Shown: piece after piece, positions 1-10,233 of the stretch
Layout of the letters: every line of letters begins with the position of its first letter
How positions within the stretch are numbered: position 1 is the first letter of the stretch
Virus record (IMG/VR): IMGVR_UViG_3300021225_000362
Location: 13,966 to 77,965 of that record
Strand: one strand, 5' to 3'
From: a virus
Length of the DNA stretch: 64,000 nucleotides
Notes under the pieces: model-generated
Told to the model about the DNA's origin: nothing
What the model saw: the letters and a program-made list of their open reading frames with translations, nothing else
The model's database searches: none
Position numbers and translations under genes: made by a program

Positions 1-1
1 G

Positions 2-628
2 TTCTTCATTTATATTTATTCTCTCACCAATAAACCTACCATTTTCTCTTTTAATTGGAAATGGTTTTTTTTCAAAAAACTCATCATGAGTAAATTTATC
101 ATGTTCGAAAATTTTATATATTGATTTCAAAAATGTTTGGTCATTACCGTAAGTATGTTCTTTAGTTTTCTCAAAATCATCCAACATTTGTACGAATGGT
201 ATATTTGTTTTTTTGATACCCCACATTCCACCTAATATCCCTAATTGATTATTTCCTGCTGGTATTTTATGATATGGATGGTCTCTCATCACATGTAGTG
301 ATTTACCACTTTCTATCCATTCTTTTACCGCCAAACTTTCTCTTAATGATATTCTTGAATCAGCGTCTCTAAAAATTGCATACTCGTAATCAGGAAAATC
401 TAATACATAAAATCTCCAAAACATACCGTATATCGAATTATCAAAAATTTTGACTGTTTTGACGTTTAATTTTTCTAATTCATTAATTGTACTAATTGGT
501 ACTGAGTCATCATAGAAAACCATCATTTTCCAATCAGGATATATTTTATCCATCAATTCAGCATTTCTTATTGCTCCTACATTATATATTGGTTTATCCC
601 CCCACAATGAAAAACTTACATATTTCAT
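2..628 (-). CDS. Glycosyltransferase-cluster protein, truncated by the window edge
   Basis: Manual translation from the ATG at 628: MKYVSFSLWGDKPIYNVGAIRNA...IFRDADSRISLRE...HVMRDHPYH...ILGGMWG; the frame stays open to the window start; ATGA overlap with the next ORF. Confidence 0.6.
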   Translation of the reverse strand, partial: MKYVSFSLWGDKPIYNVGAIRNAELMDKIYPDWKMMVFYDDSVPISTINELEKLNVKTVKIFDNSIYGMFWRFYVLDFPDYEYAIFRDADSRISLRESLAVKEWIESGKSLHVMRDHPYHKIPAGNNQLGILGGMWGIKKTNIPFVQMLDDFEKTKEHTYGNDQTFLKSIYKIFEHDKFTHDEFFEKKPFPIKRENGRFIGERININEE

Positions 629-1383
629 GACAATAATTTTTTTAACATTTGTTGAGAACGTAAATTAGATAATGGTGAGGTTCCATGTGAATTTATTTGT
701 AAATGTTCCATAAAACCAATCGTTAAATGATATTTAATTTCATTTATGAAATGGTAAAAACTAATTGACCTTTCAAACATATGTCCACAATATTTATCAT
801 CTTTTATATCATCTATGTACGATTCAAACCAAGTAATATAGTTTTTTAAAACATCTACATTCCATGTAGAGTTACTTGATGATGACCATGAATAATTTTT
901 TGGTAATGAATTTATAATATTTATTACATCGATATTTGTTTTATTTTTTATTGAATTAATTAAAGGTGAACTATATTTTTCCATATCGATAAAAACAGGG
1001 TCAGAAACTGACATTGGGAAATATCCAATGAATTGTGTTTCCGAAAAATCAAACTCTTTCATGGATATATTTCTGTTAACAATAACATCATATTCAAAAA
1101 GATTTACAAATTCACTTTTAATTAAATCATTTTTACATAATGCGTACCAACCTGTAAACGAGGTAAATTTTGGATATTCTTCGATATTGTTTTCTAATTG
1201 GTTAACAATAATAAGATTACTTAAATTTTTAATTTTTTCGGTGTTTTTCATACCAAGAAAAACCCATGTTAAATTTTTAAATTGAGAAAACTTATTAGTA
1301 TGAATCAACTCTAATAATAAATCTTGGTCGTGTATAAAAACAAATGTTTCAATTTCATTTAACTTAAAAGTTCTTTTATCCAT
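625..1383 (-). CDS. Hypothetical protein of the glycosylation cluster (GT-A-like)
   Basis: 252 aa ORF coupled to its neighbours; EYDV motif and C-terminal GHMFERS, as seen in GT-associated proteins. Confidence 0.5.
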   Translation of the reverse strand: MDKRTFKLNEIETFVFIHDQDLLLELIHTNKFSQFKNLTWVFLGMKNTEKIKNLSNLIIVNQLENNIEEYPKFTSFTGWYALCKNDLIKSEFVNLFEYDVIVNRNISMKEFDFSETQFIGYFPMSVSDPVFIDMEKYSSPLINSIKNKTNIDVINIINSLPKNYSWSSSSNSTWNVDVLKNYITWFESYIDDIKDDKYCGHMFERSISFYHFINEIKYHLTIGFMEHLQINSHGTSPLSNLRSQQMLKKLLS

Positions 1384-2147
1384 AAATCTAATATTTCTTC
1401 GTTTGTTAATTTTGATACTTCATGGTCGGTCTCTTCATTTCCGAAAAATTCAGTGTTTGTTTGATAACATTCATCTTTGACTAAACACGCAACTTCTGCT
1501 AATGATGAATGAAAAACTTTAGATACAGAATCGTACATTCCTTGTTTATCTTCTGAGAAACCTAATATTTTAATATCATCATTTAAATATTGTTTGACAT
1601 GGTTATTAAAATAATCTTCCTCTCCAATCTTCCCATAAATGTTTATTTTTTTACAACCATGTGATATTGCTCTTTGAATTGATACGTGTGTTTGTTTTCT
1701 ATTTTCAATTGTACCTATAATACCACAAACGTCTTTGACATTTGATGATTTTTCATTAGCAACTAAATTTGCTTTTAAATTTGGTATTATAGAATATTCG
1801 CCCAAATAATCATTATGGAATTCCCTATGTTTATCATGTAAAAAAATTGCGTTATCCCAAAATTTTTTAATTTTACCTACAGGAAACCATCCTTTTTCGT
1901 GAATAGATAATAAAACTTTTTTTACGTCAGGTCTTTTTTCTAAATTCAAAAAATGTGTAATTATTCTATCGTTGTTATTTAATTGCACATTCTTAATACT
2001 ATCAGATTGACATTTATCTAAATGCCAATCATGCGGACCATACAGGGTACAATTAATACCATGTTTATTAAATGCGTTAGTTAAATTGATTAATGCAACC
2101 GTAGAACCACCTCTTTCACTATACCCTGTTATTATTTTAACTTTCAT
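1359..2147 (-). CDS. Glycosyltransferase, GT-B-like
   Basis: N-terminal GYSERGGST; C-terminal KVFHSSLAEVACLV resembles the GT4 E-x7-E region. Confidence 0.65.
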   Translation of the reverse strand: MKVKIITGYSERGGSTVALINLTNAFNKHGINCTLYGPHDWHLDKCQSDSIKNVQLNNNDRIITHFLNLEKRPDVKKVLLSIHEKGWFPVGKIKKFWDNAIFLHDKHREFHNDYLGEYSIIPNLKANLVANEKSSNVKDVCGIIGTIENRKQTHVSIQRAISHGCKKINIYGKIGEEDYFNNHVKQYLNDDIKILGFSEDKQGMYDSVSKVFHSSLAEVACLVKDECYQTNTEFFGNEETDHEVSKLTNEEILDLWIKELLS

Positions 2148-2761
2148 GATGATAATCCTTTGTAAAAATTATTTTGTTTTTCTTGTTTATCGATATTTTT
2201 TATATGTAATATACTATAATCATCATGTAAAGGAAAGGAACTCATTCTAAGTTTTCCTGATATTCTTTCATGTATTTTACCTGTCCAAACTAAATGTGAA
2301 CGGAAAAGTCGCGTCTGAAAATCGGGATAATTAATTCTACCATCATTTGATACTGACCATTTCCAATGCTTAATATGTTCTTCTGTTATTCCATCAACAA
2401 TATTAATTCTTGGAACTGCAAAAGCATCTGTTATTGTGCCATATAACTTCAAATGATTATTTACATTTTTTATTAAAAATTCACTAATCATTTCGTCAGC
2501 ATCTAATTGAAAAATAAAATCAGCACCATGTGACCTACAATTACTATTTAAATTATTTTTAAATTTTGAAAAATCATTATCAAATGGGTATGTATAAACA
2601 CTATTAGTATATTTTGCAATTTTTTTAAATAAATCCTCAGAGTATTTTTTCTCATCCATTTGAACAACAATCTTATCATTAGTATTATTCGATAATAATT
2701 CTAATAATCTGAGTACTTCAAATTCTTCATCTGCAACTGTTATTCCATATACTAAATTCAT
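2144..2761 (-). CDS. Glycosyltransferase family 2
   Basis: FDNDFSKFKN, FQLDADE (DxD), PDFQTRLF, WTGKIHE. Confidence 0.85.
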   Translation of the reverse strand: MNLVYGITVADEEFEVLRLLELLSNNTNDKIVVQMDEKKYSEDLFKKIAKYTNSVYTYPFDNDFSKFKNNLNSNCRSHGADFIFQLDADEMISEFLIKNVNNHLKLYGTITDAFAVPRINIVDGITEEHIKHWKWSVSNDGRINYPDFQTRLFRSHLVWTGKIHERISGKLRMSSFPLHDDYSILHIKNIDKQEKQNNFYKGLSS

Positions 2762-3960
2762 TTTTTATATTTTGAATATATTTTTAAAAATTCTTCTTTC
2801 ATTTTATCTATTGAAAAATCAGATGAATTATCATCTCTGAGTTCCTCAGATTTTTTTAAATAAGTTGGATAATCATCAATAACATTTTTCATTTTCTCAA
2901 TTGCTTTTAAGTAATCAACAGTAAACCATTTAGAATTTTTAATGATGAAATTATCAATAGCACTATCATGTACAGGTGTTATTGTTCCATCTAATAATAT
3001 TGATTTATTTGAGGGTAAAAAATCTAAATGTCCTGACCAATTAGATGCAATAACAGGTTTACCTGTCATGGTGAATTCTAACATAGGTCTACCAAATCCT
3101 TCACCTTTAGTAAATGTTACAAAAGTTTTAATTTTTTCGTGATTATATAAATTATTAATTTCATCGTCAGTAAGTTCACCAAACAACAAATAAATTGATG
3201 GTGGATTCACCATATCTTTTGTTATGTTTTCAATTTGTTTTTTTATTCTTTCCCTGTCAACAACTGAAAATCCTGCTGTGGATGTTTTGAGTAATAATGC
3301 GACATCTTTATTATTTTCGAATGCAACACAGAAAGTCTTAATTAACATACCAACATCTTTTCTGTCTTGACCCAAATCACCTTTTAACCAATGACCCAAA
3401 AACAAAAAGAGATTATTTTCTTTTATATTACTTAAATCAAAATTACTATTTGTTTTTTTGAATACGTCTGTGTTAATTCCTTCAAACAATACTTCTACAG
3501 GTTTATTTACAACATACTTATTAATTAATTGTCCTGTTGTTTGGTCTATTTCTTCAAGAACAGTATTCTCAAATACTTTTTTAGAAAAATTTGATGTGGT
3601 GATTACTAAATCCATTCTGTTACAACCTTCTACCCAATCTTTTGGTGCGACAGTTGTCTCAATCCCTGCTGTACAAGCAATATTTAAATTTCCTAATGGT
3701 GTAAATTCGCTCGGTATTGTTACTTGAAAATAAATGTCAGGTTTTCTATGTAATTCAGTTATAATATTTTGATTTACCCAATTATTAAATTCGTTTTTTT
3801 CATCCATGGCTGTCATTGGTGTCATTCCCCAAGGACAACTATCGATTTTTATTTCGAATAAATTTGTACTATATAACATCTTTAATAAATCCCTCGAATG
3901 TGCACCATAACCTGATACTGTTTTAACTGGTCCACGAAATAATAAAAATGGTTTTATCAT
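2758..3960 (-). CDS. Glycosyltransferase family 4 (GT-B)
   Basis: SGYGAHSRD; TKGEGFGRPMLEFTMTGKPVIASNWSGH. Confidence 0.9.
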   Translation of the reverse strand: MIKPFLLFRGPVKTVSGYGAHSRDLLKMLYSTNLFEIKIDSCPWGMTPMTAMDEKNEFNNWVNQNIITELHRKPDIYFQVTIPSEFTPLGNLNIACTAGIETTVAPKDWVEGCNRMDLVITTSNFSKKVFENTVLEEIDQTTGQLINKYVVNKPVEVLFEGINTDVFKKTNSNFDLSNIKENNLFLFLGHWLKGDLGQDRKDVGMLIKTFCVAFENNKDVALLLKTSTAGFSVVDRERIKKQIENITKDMVNPPSIYLLFGELTDDEINNLYNHEKIKTFVTFTKGEGFGRPMLEFTMTGKPVIASNWSGHLDFLPSNKSILLDGTITPVHDSAIDNFIIKNSKWFTVDYLKAIEKMKNVIDDYPTYLKKSEELRDDNSSDFSIDKMKEEFLKIYSKYKK

Positions 3961-5318
3961 ATAATCTTATATAAATCGTATTTTTTACGTTTAGTGTAAT
4001 TATTTAATGTTGTTTCAACACCTTCAATCAATTTATCACACATAATTTTTGAAGATAGATTTTTCTTCATCCATTCTCTACCAACCAAACCTCTTCTTTT
4101 TCTTTCCTCTCTACCCCAATTATAAACCCTCATGATTGCGTCAGAAACATCATCTAAATTGATTCTATCATCAAAGATGTATGGTGTCAAGGGTGAACCA
4201 TTAAGTGTGTGAGAAACCGACCATACGGGTTCTACCCATTCACCATGAGGTAAGAAATCCCATTTTTTCTTATCATGTAAGGAACCCAATTTGATATATT
4301 GGTCAGCATCAATTTGAAAACCACATTGGTCTTGTAGACCACCAGTTACATTTACAATGATAGGTGTACCTGCCATGACACTTTCTGCTGTTGTTAAACC
4401 AAAACCTTCGTTGTTTGCGATATTGATTGTACAATCAACAATATTATAGATATGATTTAATTCATCTTGTAATATATTCATGTTCATAAAATTCACATCG
4501 TAATCAGGACATAAATCATTTTTTACTGCATATAAATCGGTGCCGTTATTATCGACAGGTGTTGTGTACATTAACAAAAGACACTTATCGGATTTCTCTT
4601 TGGGTAATTGGTCGCAGAATAATTTATATGCATAAATAACATCTGCGGGTTGTTTTCTTCTAATATTTCTATTATTGAATAATAGTACAAAATCATATTT
4701 TTTATCCTTATGTATCATATCATAATAATCACTTGATATGATATCTAAAGGTTTGAATATGTTTTCATTTATACCATGAGGAACATAAGAAATCTGCCAA
4801 TCTTTTAGTGGTGTTTGTGTTTTACCATTATTTAATTTCCCAACTCTATGTACAATACCATATGTTTGTTTAGAAATACAACCAATCCAATCACAACTTT
4901 CGTAAAAGTTTTTATTCCAAATCGGGTCAGGTAAATCATCCCATATATGGTAAAACATTAATGGTACATGTTGTCTAACTTCATGTTCTGCTTCGTACAA
5001 CCAATACCAATAATGTGGGTCGGTGAAGTGTAATATAGCATCTGGTTTTTCTATTTCAAGTAACTGTCTTATTTGAAATATATTACCATAACCATTATTT
5101 CCATAAATTCTTACATTAGCATCTTCGATTCCCAAATTTTTCTTGATGTCATTACTAACATCAATTATTTTTCCTGATTCAGGATGGTTTACCGCAGCAC
5201 CTAATTGAACCCAATCGTACTTATGACAAGTCCCGATTACTAACTCTTTAGACATATTGGCAATTCCTGAAGTATATCTCATATCATCAGATAACAATAA
5301 TATCTTTTTCTTCATCAA
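3957..5318 (-). CDS. Glycosyltransferase family 4 (GT-B)
   Basis: NRNIRRKQ; ANNEGFGLTTAESVMAGTPIIVNVTGGLQDQ. Confidence 0.9.
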   Translation of the reverse strand: MMKKKILLLSDDMRYTSGIANMSKELVIGTCHKYDWVQLGAAVNHPESGKIIDVSNDIKKNLGIEDANVRIYGNNGYGNIFQIRQLLEIEKPDAILHFTDPHYWYWLYEAEHEVRQHVPLMFYHIWDDLPDPIWNKNFYESCDWIGCISKQTYGIVHRVGKLNNGKTQTPLKDWQISYVPHGINENIFKPLDIISSDYYDMIHKDKKYDFVLLFNNRNIRRKQPADVIYAYKLFCDQLPKEKSDKCLLLMYTTPVDNNGTDLYAVKNDLCPDYDVNFMNMNILQDELNHIYNIVDCTINIANNEGFGLTTAESVMAGTPIIVNVTGGLQDQCGFQIDADQYIKLGSLHDKKKWDFLPHGEWVEPVWSVSHTLNGSPLTPYIFDDRINLDDVSDAIMRVYNWGREERKRRGLVGREWMKKNLSSKIMCDKLIEGVETTLNNYTKRKKYDLYKII

Positions 5319-5515
5319 TATTTTGAATTTTTTACACCACCTGTTTCGTGATTATTGATTTTATTTTTAAATTCGGATTCTTTCAAATATAAATCGATTG
5401 CTCTGTTAACAAATTTTTGTAATGTTAAATCCATATTTAATGTGGATTTCTTAAACTCTAAATAATTCTTTTTTATTATCTTTACACTTGTCAGTTTTGT
5501 CACTTCATTCTTCAT
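5315..5515 (-). CDS. Small protein, possibly ribbon-helix-helix DNA-binding
   Basis: 66 aa, LTSVKI...LQKFVNRAIDLY beta-alpha-alpha pattern; heads the GT operon. Confidence 0.45.
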   Translation of the reverse strand: MKNEVTKLTSVKIIKKNYLEFKKSTLNMDLTLQKFVNRAIDLYLKESEFKNKINNHETGGVKNSKY

Positions 5516-5600
5516 AGAAAAAATATTTATAATATATATCAGATAAATAAATATATATTAAGAAAAAATAAAAATTTTATTAATTTTTGTTAATTAAAAA

Positions 5601-5768
5601 TTACGATTGAGTACCTTGAGTACTGTTTAGTTTTTTGATGATTTCACTAACTAACTTTGCCTTATCTTCTTCTGTAATATTTGTAGAAGATGAAGTTTGA
5701 TTATTAGTTGTGTTAGTTACTGTTTGAATTTGTTCTGTTTTTTTCTTCTTACATCCGCATCCAGCCAT
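5601..5768 (-). CDS. Small CGC-motif protein, 55 aa (not in ORF track)
   Basis: Manual translation MAGCGCKKKKTEQIQTVTNTTNNQ...KLNSTQGTQS*. Confidence 0.6.
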   Translation of the reverse strand: MAGCGCKKKKTEQIQTVTNTTNNQTSSSTNITEEDKAKLVSEIIKKLNSTQGTQS

Positions 5769-5784
5769 AAAATAGTTTTTTAAT

Positions 5785-6378
5785 TTAGTTTATTATTTTG
5801 AAATTATGTTTATAACATGTTTTTCTTATAGAACCATTATTATTTTTTCCATTATTAAGTTTTATACCTCTTAAACAATTAGATATTGTCATTCTTATAT
5901 TACGCAATTTTCCATTTGCGAATCCCTTTTCTTTTAAATAAATCGCACCTTCAACTAAGCTATCAAAAATGTGTTCTTCATTTGTCTTAATGTTTATCAA
6001 TGAATATTTTAAGAAATTACCGTTTTTATTAAGATTATATTTGGATAATTGTATTTTTACTTCATTATTTAAATTATTTCTTCTGAAATCATTAACTAAT
6101 GCTAAATTATAACCATAATCTTGAATGTTAGAATTATAATGTTTTATATAATAGTTTTCTGTTTCTATCAACGATTCTTCATCACATTCTTCAATTACCT
6201 CAAATTTAAAATAATTTTTACCGAATTTATTGTAGGAATTTTGTAGATGTTTGTTATCATGTTTATTATTATTTAACATCCAAAAATGTTTATATTCCCT
6301 ATTTTCCATATTTATAGAACTGCCAATATATTTTTTTTTGTCAAGTGTGTTTTCTATCATATAAACACCGCATCCCAT
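5785..6378 (-). CDS. GIY-YIG homing endonuclease
   Basis: GVYMIEN...KYIGSS...R...H; FKFEVIEEC; YNL; C-terminal NUMOD-like helix. Confidence 0.85.
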   Translation of the reverse strand: MGCGVYMIENTLDKKKYIGSSINMENREYKHFWMLNNNKHDNKHLQNSYNKFGKNYFKFEVIEECDEESLIETENYYIKHYNSNIQDYGYNLALVNDFRRNNLNNEVKIQLSKYNLNKNGNFLKYSLINIKTNEEHIFDSLVEGAIYLKEKGFANGKLRNIRMTISNCLRGIKLNNGKNNNGSIRKTCYKHNFKIIN

Positions 6379-6474
6379 ATCTATATTTTTTTAATTTTAT
6401 TTATTTTTTATAATATAATAGTAATTATTACAATAATAAATATTTTTTAATTAAATTAGATAAAAATTAGTAAA

Positions 6475-7158
6475 ATGTCGAACATAATCAAATCATTAAT
6501 AACAGGGACTGTCATGTCTCTATCAAGATTAAATCAAGTTAAACAGAGGGATTCATTCATTGAAGATATCGAAGAGGATACACACCAAGAACAAAAAGTT
6601 AAAAAACAAGAAATAAAAATTGTTTCTGAAAAAAGATTTTATGAACTTTTAAATGCTGCGGATGAGGCGCATAAACTAAGACACGAAGAAAGAACCGCAC
6701 AAATTTTAGAATCAAGGGGTATTGAGGGTAATTTTTTATCTTTTAAAAATATTACTTATCAACCACCATTACATGAACAATTATCGGGTAATAACCAACC
6801 AACATACAAGTTCAAAACAGATAACGATATTTGTAAATATTCTACTAATGTACACATAAAAGAAGAAGACGGAGTACTTACGTTGTCCTTTCTTATTAAT
6901 TTATTAGAACATCCAATTGTTAGAAAAATTGCAAACGATTTGTCAAATTTAACCGCATTCGCAATTAATGAAAATGCAAAAATATATGCATATGAGGTAA
7001 TATCTTTCAGAGGTATAATTAGACCAAATGAAAATGAAATATACGTTGTTTTTGAATCGGAATGTAAAATAAATGGTGAATATGCAAGAGAACTTTCATC
7101 TCAAAGTAGGACCATGTACAAAAATGATATAATTGACCCCAAAACTTTCAAATTGTAA
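6475..7158 (+). CDS. Hypothetical protein
   Basis: 227 aa ORF. Confidence 0.6.
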   Translation: MSNIIKSLITGTVMSLSRLNQVKQRDSFIEDIEEDTHQEQKVKKQEIKIVSEKRFYELLNAADEAHKLRHEERTAQILESRGIEGNFLSFKNITYQPPLHEQLSGNNQPTYKFKTDNDICKYSTNVHIKEEDGVLTLSFLINLLEHPIVRKIANDLSNLTAFAINENAKIYAYEVISFRGIIRPNENEIYVVFESECKINGEYARELSSQSRTMYKNDIIDPKTFKL

Positions 7159-7226
7159 ATTTTTTTTTAATCAAAAGATTGTCTACATTTACGTCATAGG
7201 AACGTAAAATACCAAACAAAAATAAA

Positions 7227-7916
7227 ATGGAAAATTTTAAACCAGTAAAAAGTGTATATACATCCAATTTTGATTGTATCAAAAATATCATGGAACTATA
7301 CAATATTGAAAGGTTTGATTTGGATTGTACATATTCTAAAGGTAATTTTTGGAAAAATTTACCCGAACCCATACACAAAACTGATTTATTTCCTGTAAAT
7401 GACTCTGTTATAATGGCGAATTCTGAAAGTCTTCCTTTTGGAAATGACAGTATGTCAAATATAATGTACGACCCCCCTTTTGTTATTTCAGGAAAAAGTT
7501 ATAAAGAAAACAAAGATGGTAGTTCGATTATCGCAAAAAGATTTGAGGGTTATAGTACGTATGAAAAATTGACAAAAAATTATTATGGTACATTAAAAGA
7601 GTTACATCGTGTATGTAAACCAAATGGGTTTGTTGTTATGAAATGTCAAGATACTGTATCAGGAGGAAAACAGTTTTTCACACATGTAAATGTAATAAAT
7701 ATGGGATATGGTATTGGATTTTATCCAAGAGATTTGTTTATCTTAACAAACAATGTTAGATTAAACAGTTTTGGTGGTAAATGGAAAAAACAAATGCACG
7801 CAAGAAAATACCATAGTTATTTTATTGTGTTTGAAAAAGTAAAACCTAAAGTAGAATATAATTTCTATAAAACTATTCAGATACAGGATTTTTCGGAGAA
7901 CCTAAATACATTCTAA
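7227..7916 (+). CDS. DNA methyltransferase (N6-A/N4-C type)
   Basis: LDCTYSKGNFW (SAM-binding-like), MYDPPF catalytic motif, ELHRVCKPNG. Confidence 0.8.
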   Translation: MENFKPVKSVYTSNFDCIKNIMELYNIERFDLDCTYSKGNFWKNLPEPIHKTDLFPVNDSVIMANSESLPFGNDSMSNIMYDPPFVISGKSYKENKDGSSIIAKRFEGYSTYEKLTKNYYGTLKELHRVCKPNGFVVMKCQDTVSGGKQFFTHVNVINMGYGIGFYPRDLFILTNNVRLNSFGGKWKKQMHARKYHSYFIVFEKVKPKVEYNFYKTIQIQDFSENLNTF

Positions 7917-8241
7917 CTTTATCACCAATCTTAAAATCTTTACAAGTACCGCCAGGAAATTCAATTACATGGTCACCGATACCTGTATATCTTGGTGGGT
8001 TTGAATCGTGGTCCTCAGCAGGAGGACAATTATGATGAATTTTACTTATACGATTATTGGATATAAACACAATATCAATTGGTATCAAACAATTACGCAT
8101 CCAAAAAGAATGATGTCCTTTGTTCATTTTGAATACCATACAACCATCTAAAGAATCTCTACCCATCATACCTCTTTCCTTTTCTTCAGGTGTGGTCAGA
8201 TATTCTGCCGAAAATATTTTATTTTGAATCATCACAGACAT
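7873..8241 (-). CDS. DUF192-family protein
   Basis: TPEEKERGMMGR...FWMRNCLIPIDIVFI...VIEFPGG. Confidence 0.85.
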   Translation of the reverse strand: MSVMIQNKIFSAEYLTTPEEKERGMMGRDSLDGCMVFKMNKGHHSFWMRNCLIPIDIVFISNNRISKIHHNCPPAEDHDSNPPRYTGIGDHVIEFPGGTCKDFKIGDKVRMYLGSPKNPVSE

Positions 8242-8310
8242 ATCAATAAATATTTATAATTAAAATAACGAAAACTTTTTTTTTCAATAAAAATTATATA
8301 CATTTAAAGT

Positions 8311-8514
8311 ATGAACATTAAAATTTTTGACGGAACATTTGAATTCGATAATAGTGTACAATTAGATGAGTTTCTTCATTCTATGAATAATGAAATGGCA
8401 TTAAAAATTATTCAAGTTGCTATCATGTATGCTCAACAAAATGGTTTGTTCACTATTGAAGAATCACATACACTTTATAAGTGTTTTCAGGAAATGAGAG
8501 ACAATGATGATTAA
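8311..8514 (+). CDS. Hypothetical protein
   Basis: 67 aa ORF behind a TACATTTA promoter-like element. Confidence 0.6.
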   Translation: MNIKIFDGTFEFDNSVQLDEFLHSMNNEMALKIIQVAIMYAQQNGLFTIEESHTLYKCFQEMRDNDD

Positions 8515-8543
8515 TTAAAATACTTATTGTAATATACAATAGT

Positions 8544-8819
8544 ATGAAACGAATATTATTTATCATTATATTTTTTTTATCTTCTTGTACAACTGTAACA
8601 AGAGTAATGTATCCTGATGACTTGTATTATGCAAGACCATATGATAGATATTACTTTTACAGAAAAAGTCTTTTATCGCTCAATAGATATAATTATTCTT
8701 ATCCATATTTTTATTATCAACCTCGAATTTATGTACAACCAAGACCACAACAACCGAGGATACATGATTTAAATCAACAAAAAAACAAACCAAGTGCGCC
8801 AATAAGAAAATTCAAGTAA
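8544..8819 (+). CDS. Putative lipoprotein
   Basis: MKRILFIIIFFLSSC lipobox-like signal; Tyr/Pro-rich. Confidence 0.6.
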   Translation: MKRILFIIIFFLSSCTTVTRVMYPDDLYYARPYDRYYFYRKSLLSLNRYNYSYPYFYYQPRIYVQPRPQQPRIHDLNQQKNKPSAPIRKFK

Positions 8820-8820
8820 C

Positions 8821-9039
8821 ATGAAGATTTTTTATGTTCAAAGATATAACTTCATGAAGAAGTTTGTGGGTGGTATTGGTGAGGATTGGTTACCATTCGG
8901 TTATACTAAAGATAAAACAAAAATTGAAGAAATGTTGAAAAATTCTCAAGACATCGAAATTTTTGACCATTTCGGAGATAGTTTTATACCAAAAAAAATC
9001 ATTAAAGAATACAGAATAATTGAAGTTGACGAGATTTAA
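8821..9039 (+). CDS. Hypothetical protein
   Basis: 72 aa ORF in operon. Confidence 0.55.
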   Translation: MKIFYVQRYNFMKKFVGGIGEDWLPFGYTKDKTKIEEMLKNSQDIEIFDHFGDSFIPKKIIKEYRIIEVDEI

Positions 9040-9050
9040 AATAATAATCT

Positions 9051-9248
9051 ATGACAAAATATAACACACATCATTGTATACTTGATTTACAGTCTAACCG
9101 ACAAGAAAAAAGTATCATTGCGGAAGATTGGGTAGTTGTTGGTAGTAGGATAGTGTTCCATATCGGAGACAGGGTAGTGGCGGATTTACCATATGACAAA
9201 ACGTTTTTGGTTAAAGTCGAACCAATGGACGATAGTTTGGAGTTTTAA
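9051..9248 (+). CDS. Hypothetical protein
   Basis: 65 aa ORF in operon. Confidence 0.55.
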   Translation: MTKYNTHHCILDLQSNRQEKSIIAEDWVVVGSRIVFHIGDRVVADLPYDKTFLVKVEPMDDSLEF

Positions 9249-9286
9249 TAAAAATATGGTATTTTTATACCAAATTTCATATTACC

Positions 9287-9919
9287 ATGAACGATATTAT
9301 AAAAGTCGTTATTTGTGAAGACCATGAATTGTTCATGAAAGGGGTCAAACATGCGTTATCCCACAAAGATGACATATGTTTTATTGGTGAGGCTGAAAAT
9401 GGTATGAAACTGTTTCAATTATTAAAACATGTGACACCTGATGTAGTTCTATTGGATATTAATATGCCGATAATGGATGGTAAAGCAACATTATTAAAAT
9501 TAAAAAAAGAATATCCAAATATAAAAGTGATTATGTTAACTATGAGAGACGAAATGTCAACAATAGTTGATATGATTAAAAACGGTGCAGATGCTTATTT
9601 AGTAAAAAATTGTGGAGAAGATAAAATATACGATGCAATAGTATCTTGTCATAAAACAGGAAAATATTTAGATGATAAAATTAGTACTGTTTTGATGTAT
9701 AAAGTTCAAGGAAAAATAGAAGAAGAAAATAGGAAACCAATATCCGAACCTGTAATCGAACCTAAATTAACAACAGTTAATAAAGTTAAATTCAATTGGA
9801 CAAATGTTATAAAAATGACGTTGATTACAACGATAATTGGTATAATTGTTATGGTAATTTTATTTTTAATAAAAAATTCCAAATCATTAAATTTTTTAGA
9901 AAATTATAGTACTCAATGA
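9287..9919 (+). CDS. NarL-type response-regulator receiver domain with a C-terminal transmembrane helix instead of the HTH
   Basis: VVICEDH, VLLDINMPIMDG (phospho-Asp), MLT, YLVK; C-terminal VIKMTLITTIIGIIVMVILFLI. Confidence 0.85.
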   Translation: MNDIIKVVICEDHELFMKGVKHALSHKDDICFIGEAENGMKLFQLLKHVTPDVVLLDINMPIMDGKATLLKLKKEYPNIKVIMLTMRDEMSTIVDMIKNGADAYLVKNCGEDKIYDAIVSCHKTGKYLDDKISTVLMYKVQGKIEEENRKPISEPVIEPKLTTVNKVKFNWTNVIKMTLITTIIGIIVMVILFLIKNSKSLNFLENYSTQ

Positions 9920-10233
9920 ATAAATTCAATTATAAACAGAAATCGATAGAATTTTCTATTGGTGTCATCATAGGATTTTTTGTTCTCACGTTGTTATTTA
10001 ACAACTTTTTTATTCGGTTATCAACAAATATAAATGGTAATTTAGAAAGAAATAATTTATATATAAATAAAAATATCGATAAATTAGATACCGTTATAAA
10101 AACTAATAATGATATCGTAATGAGACAAGAATATATTATAAACAAATTGTTTCAGATAGAAACTGAAATAGATAAATCAAATAAAAAATTGAATATACTA
10201 CATAATAAAGTTAGTGGTAGTTATCGACCCTGA
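9916..10233 (+). CDS. Membrane-anchored coiled-coil protein
   Basis: N-terminal hydrophobic helix followed by a heptad-rich segment; ATGA-coupled to the receiver gene. Confidence 0.6.
   Translation: MNKFNYKQKSIEFSIGVIIGFFVLTLLFNNFFIRLSTNINGNLERNNLYINKNIDKLDTVIKTNNDIVMRQEYIINKLFQIETEIDKSNKKLNILHNKVSGSYRP

Noticed and set aside
5751-6378. Target-site duplication for the GIY-YIG gene (MGCG vs MAGCGC starts, shared GGATGCGG)
   Set aside because: Only 8 identical bp and Cys-Gly starts are plausible for GIY-YIG proteins; too weak without an endonuclease-free allele
5524-8258. T4 gp55-type late promoters TATAAATA (minus strand at 5524 and 8251)
   Set aside because: Only two well-placed cases of an all-A/T octamer in very AT-rich DNA; not distinguishable from chance or from the ATATTTAT element
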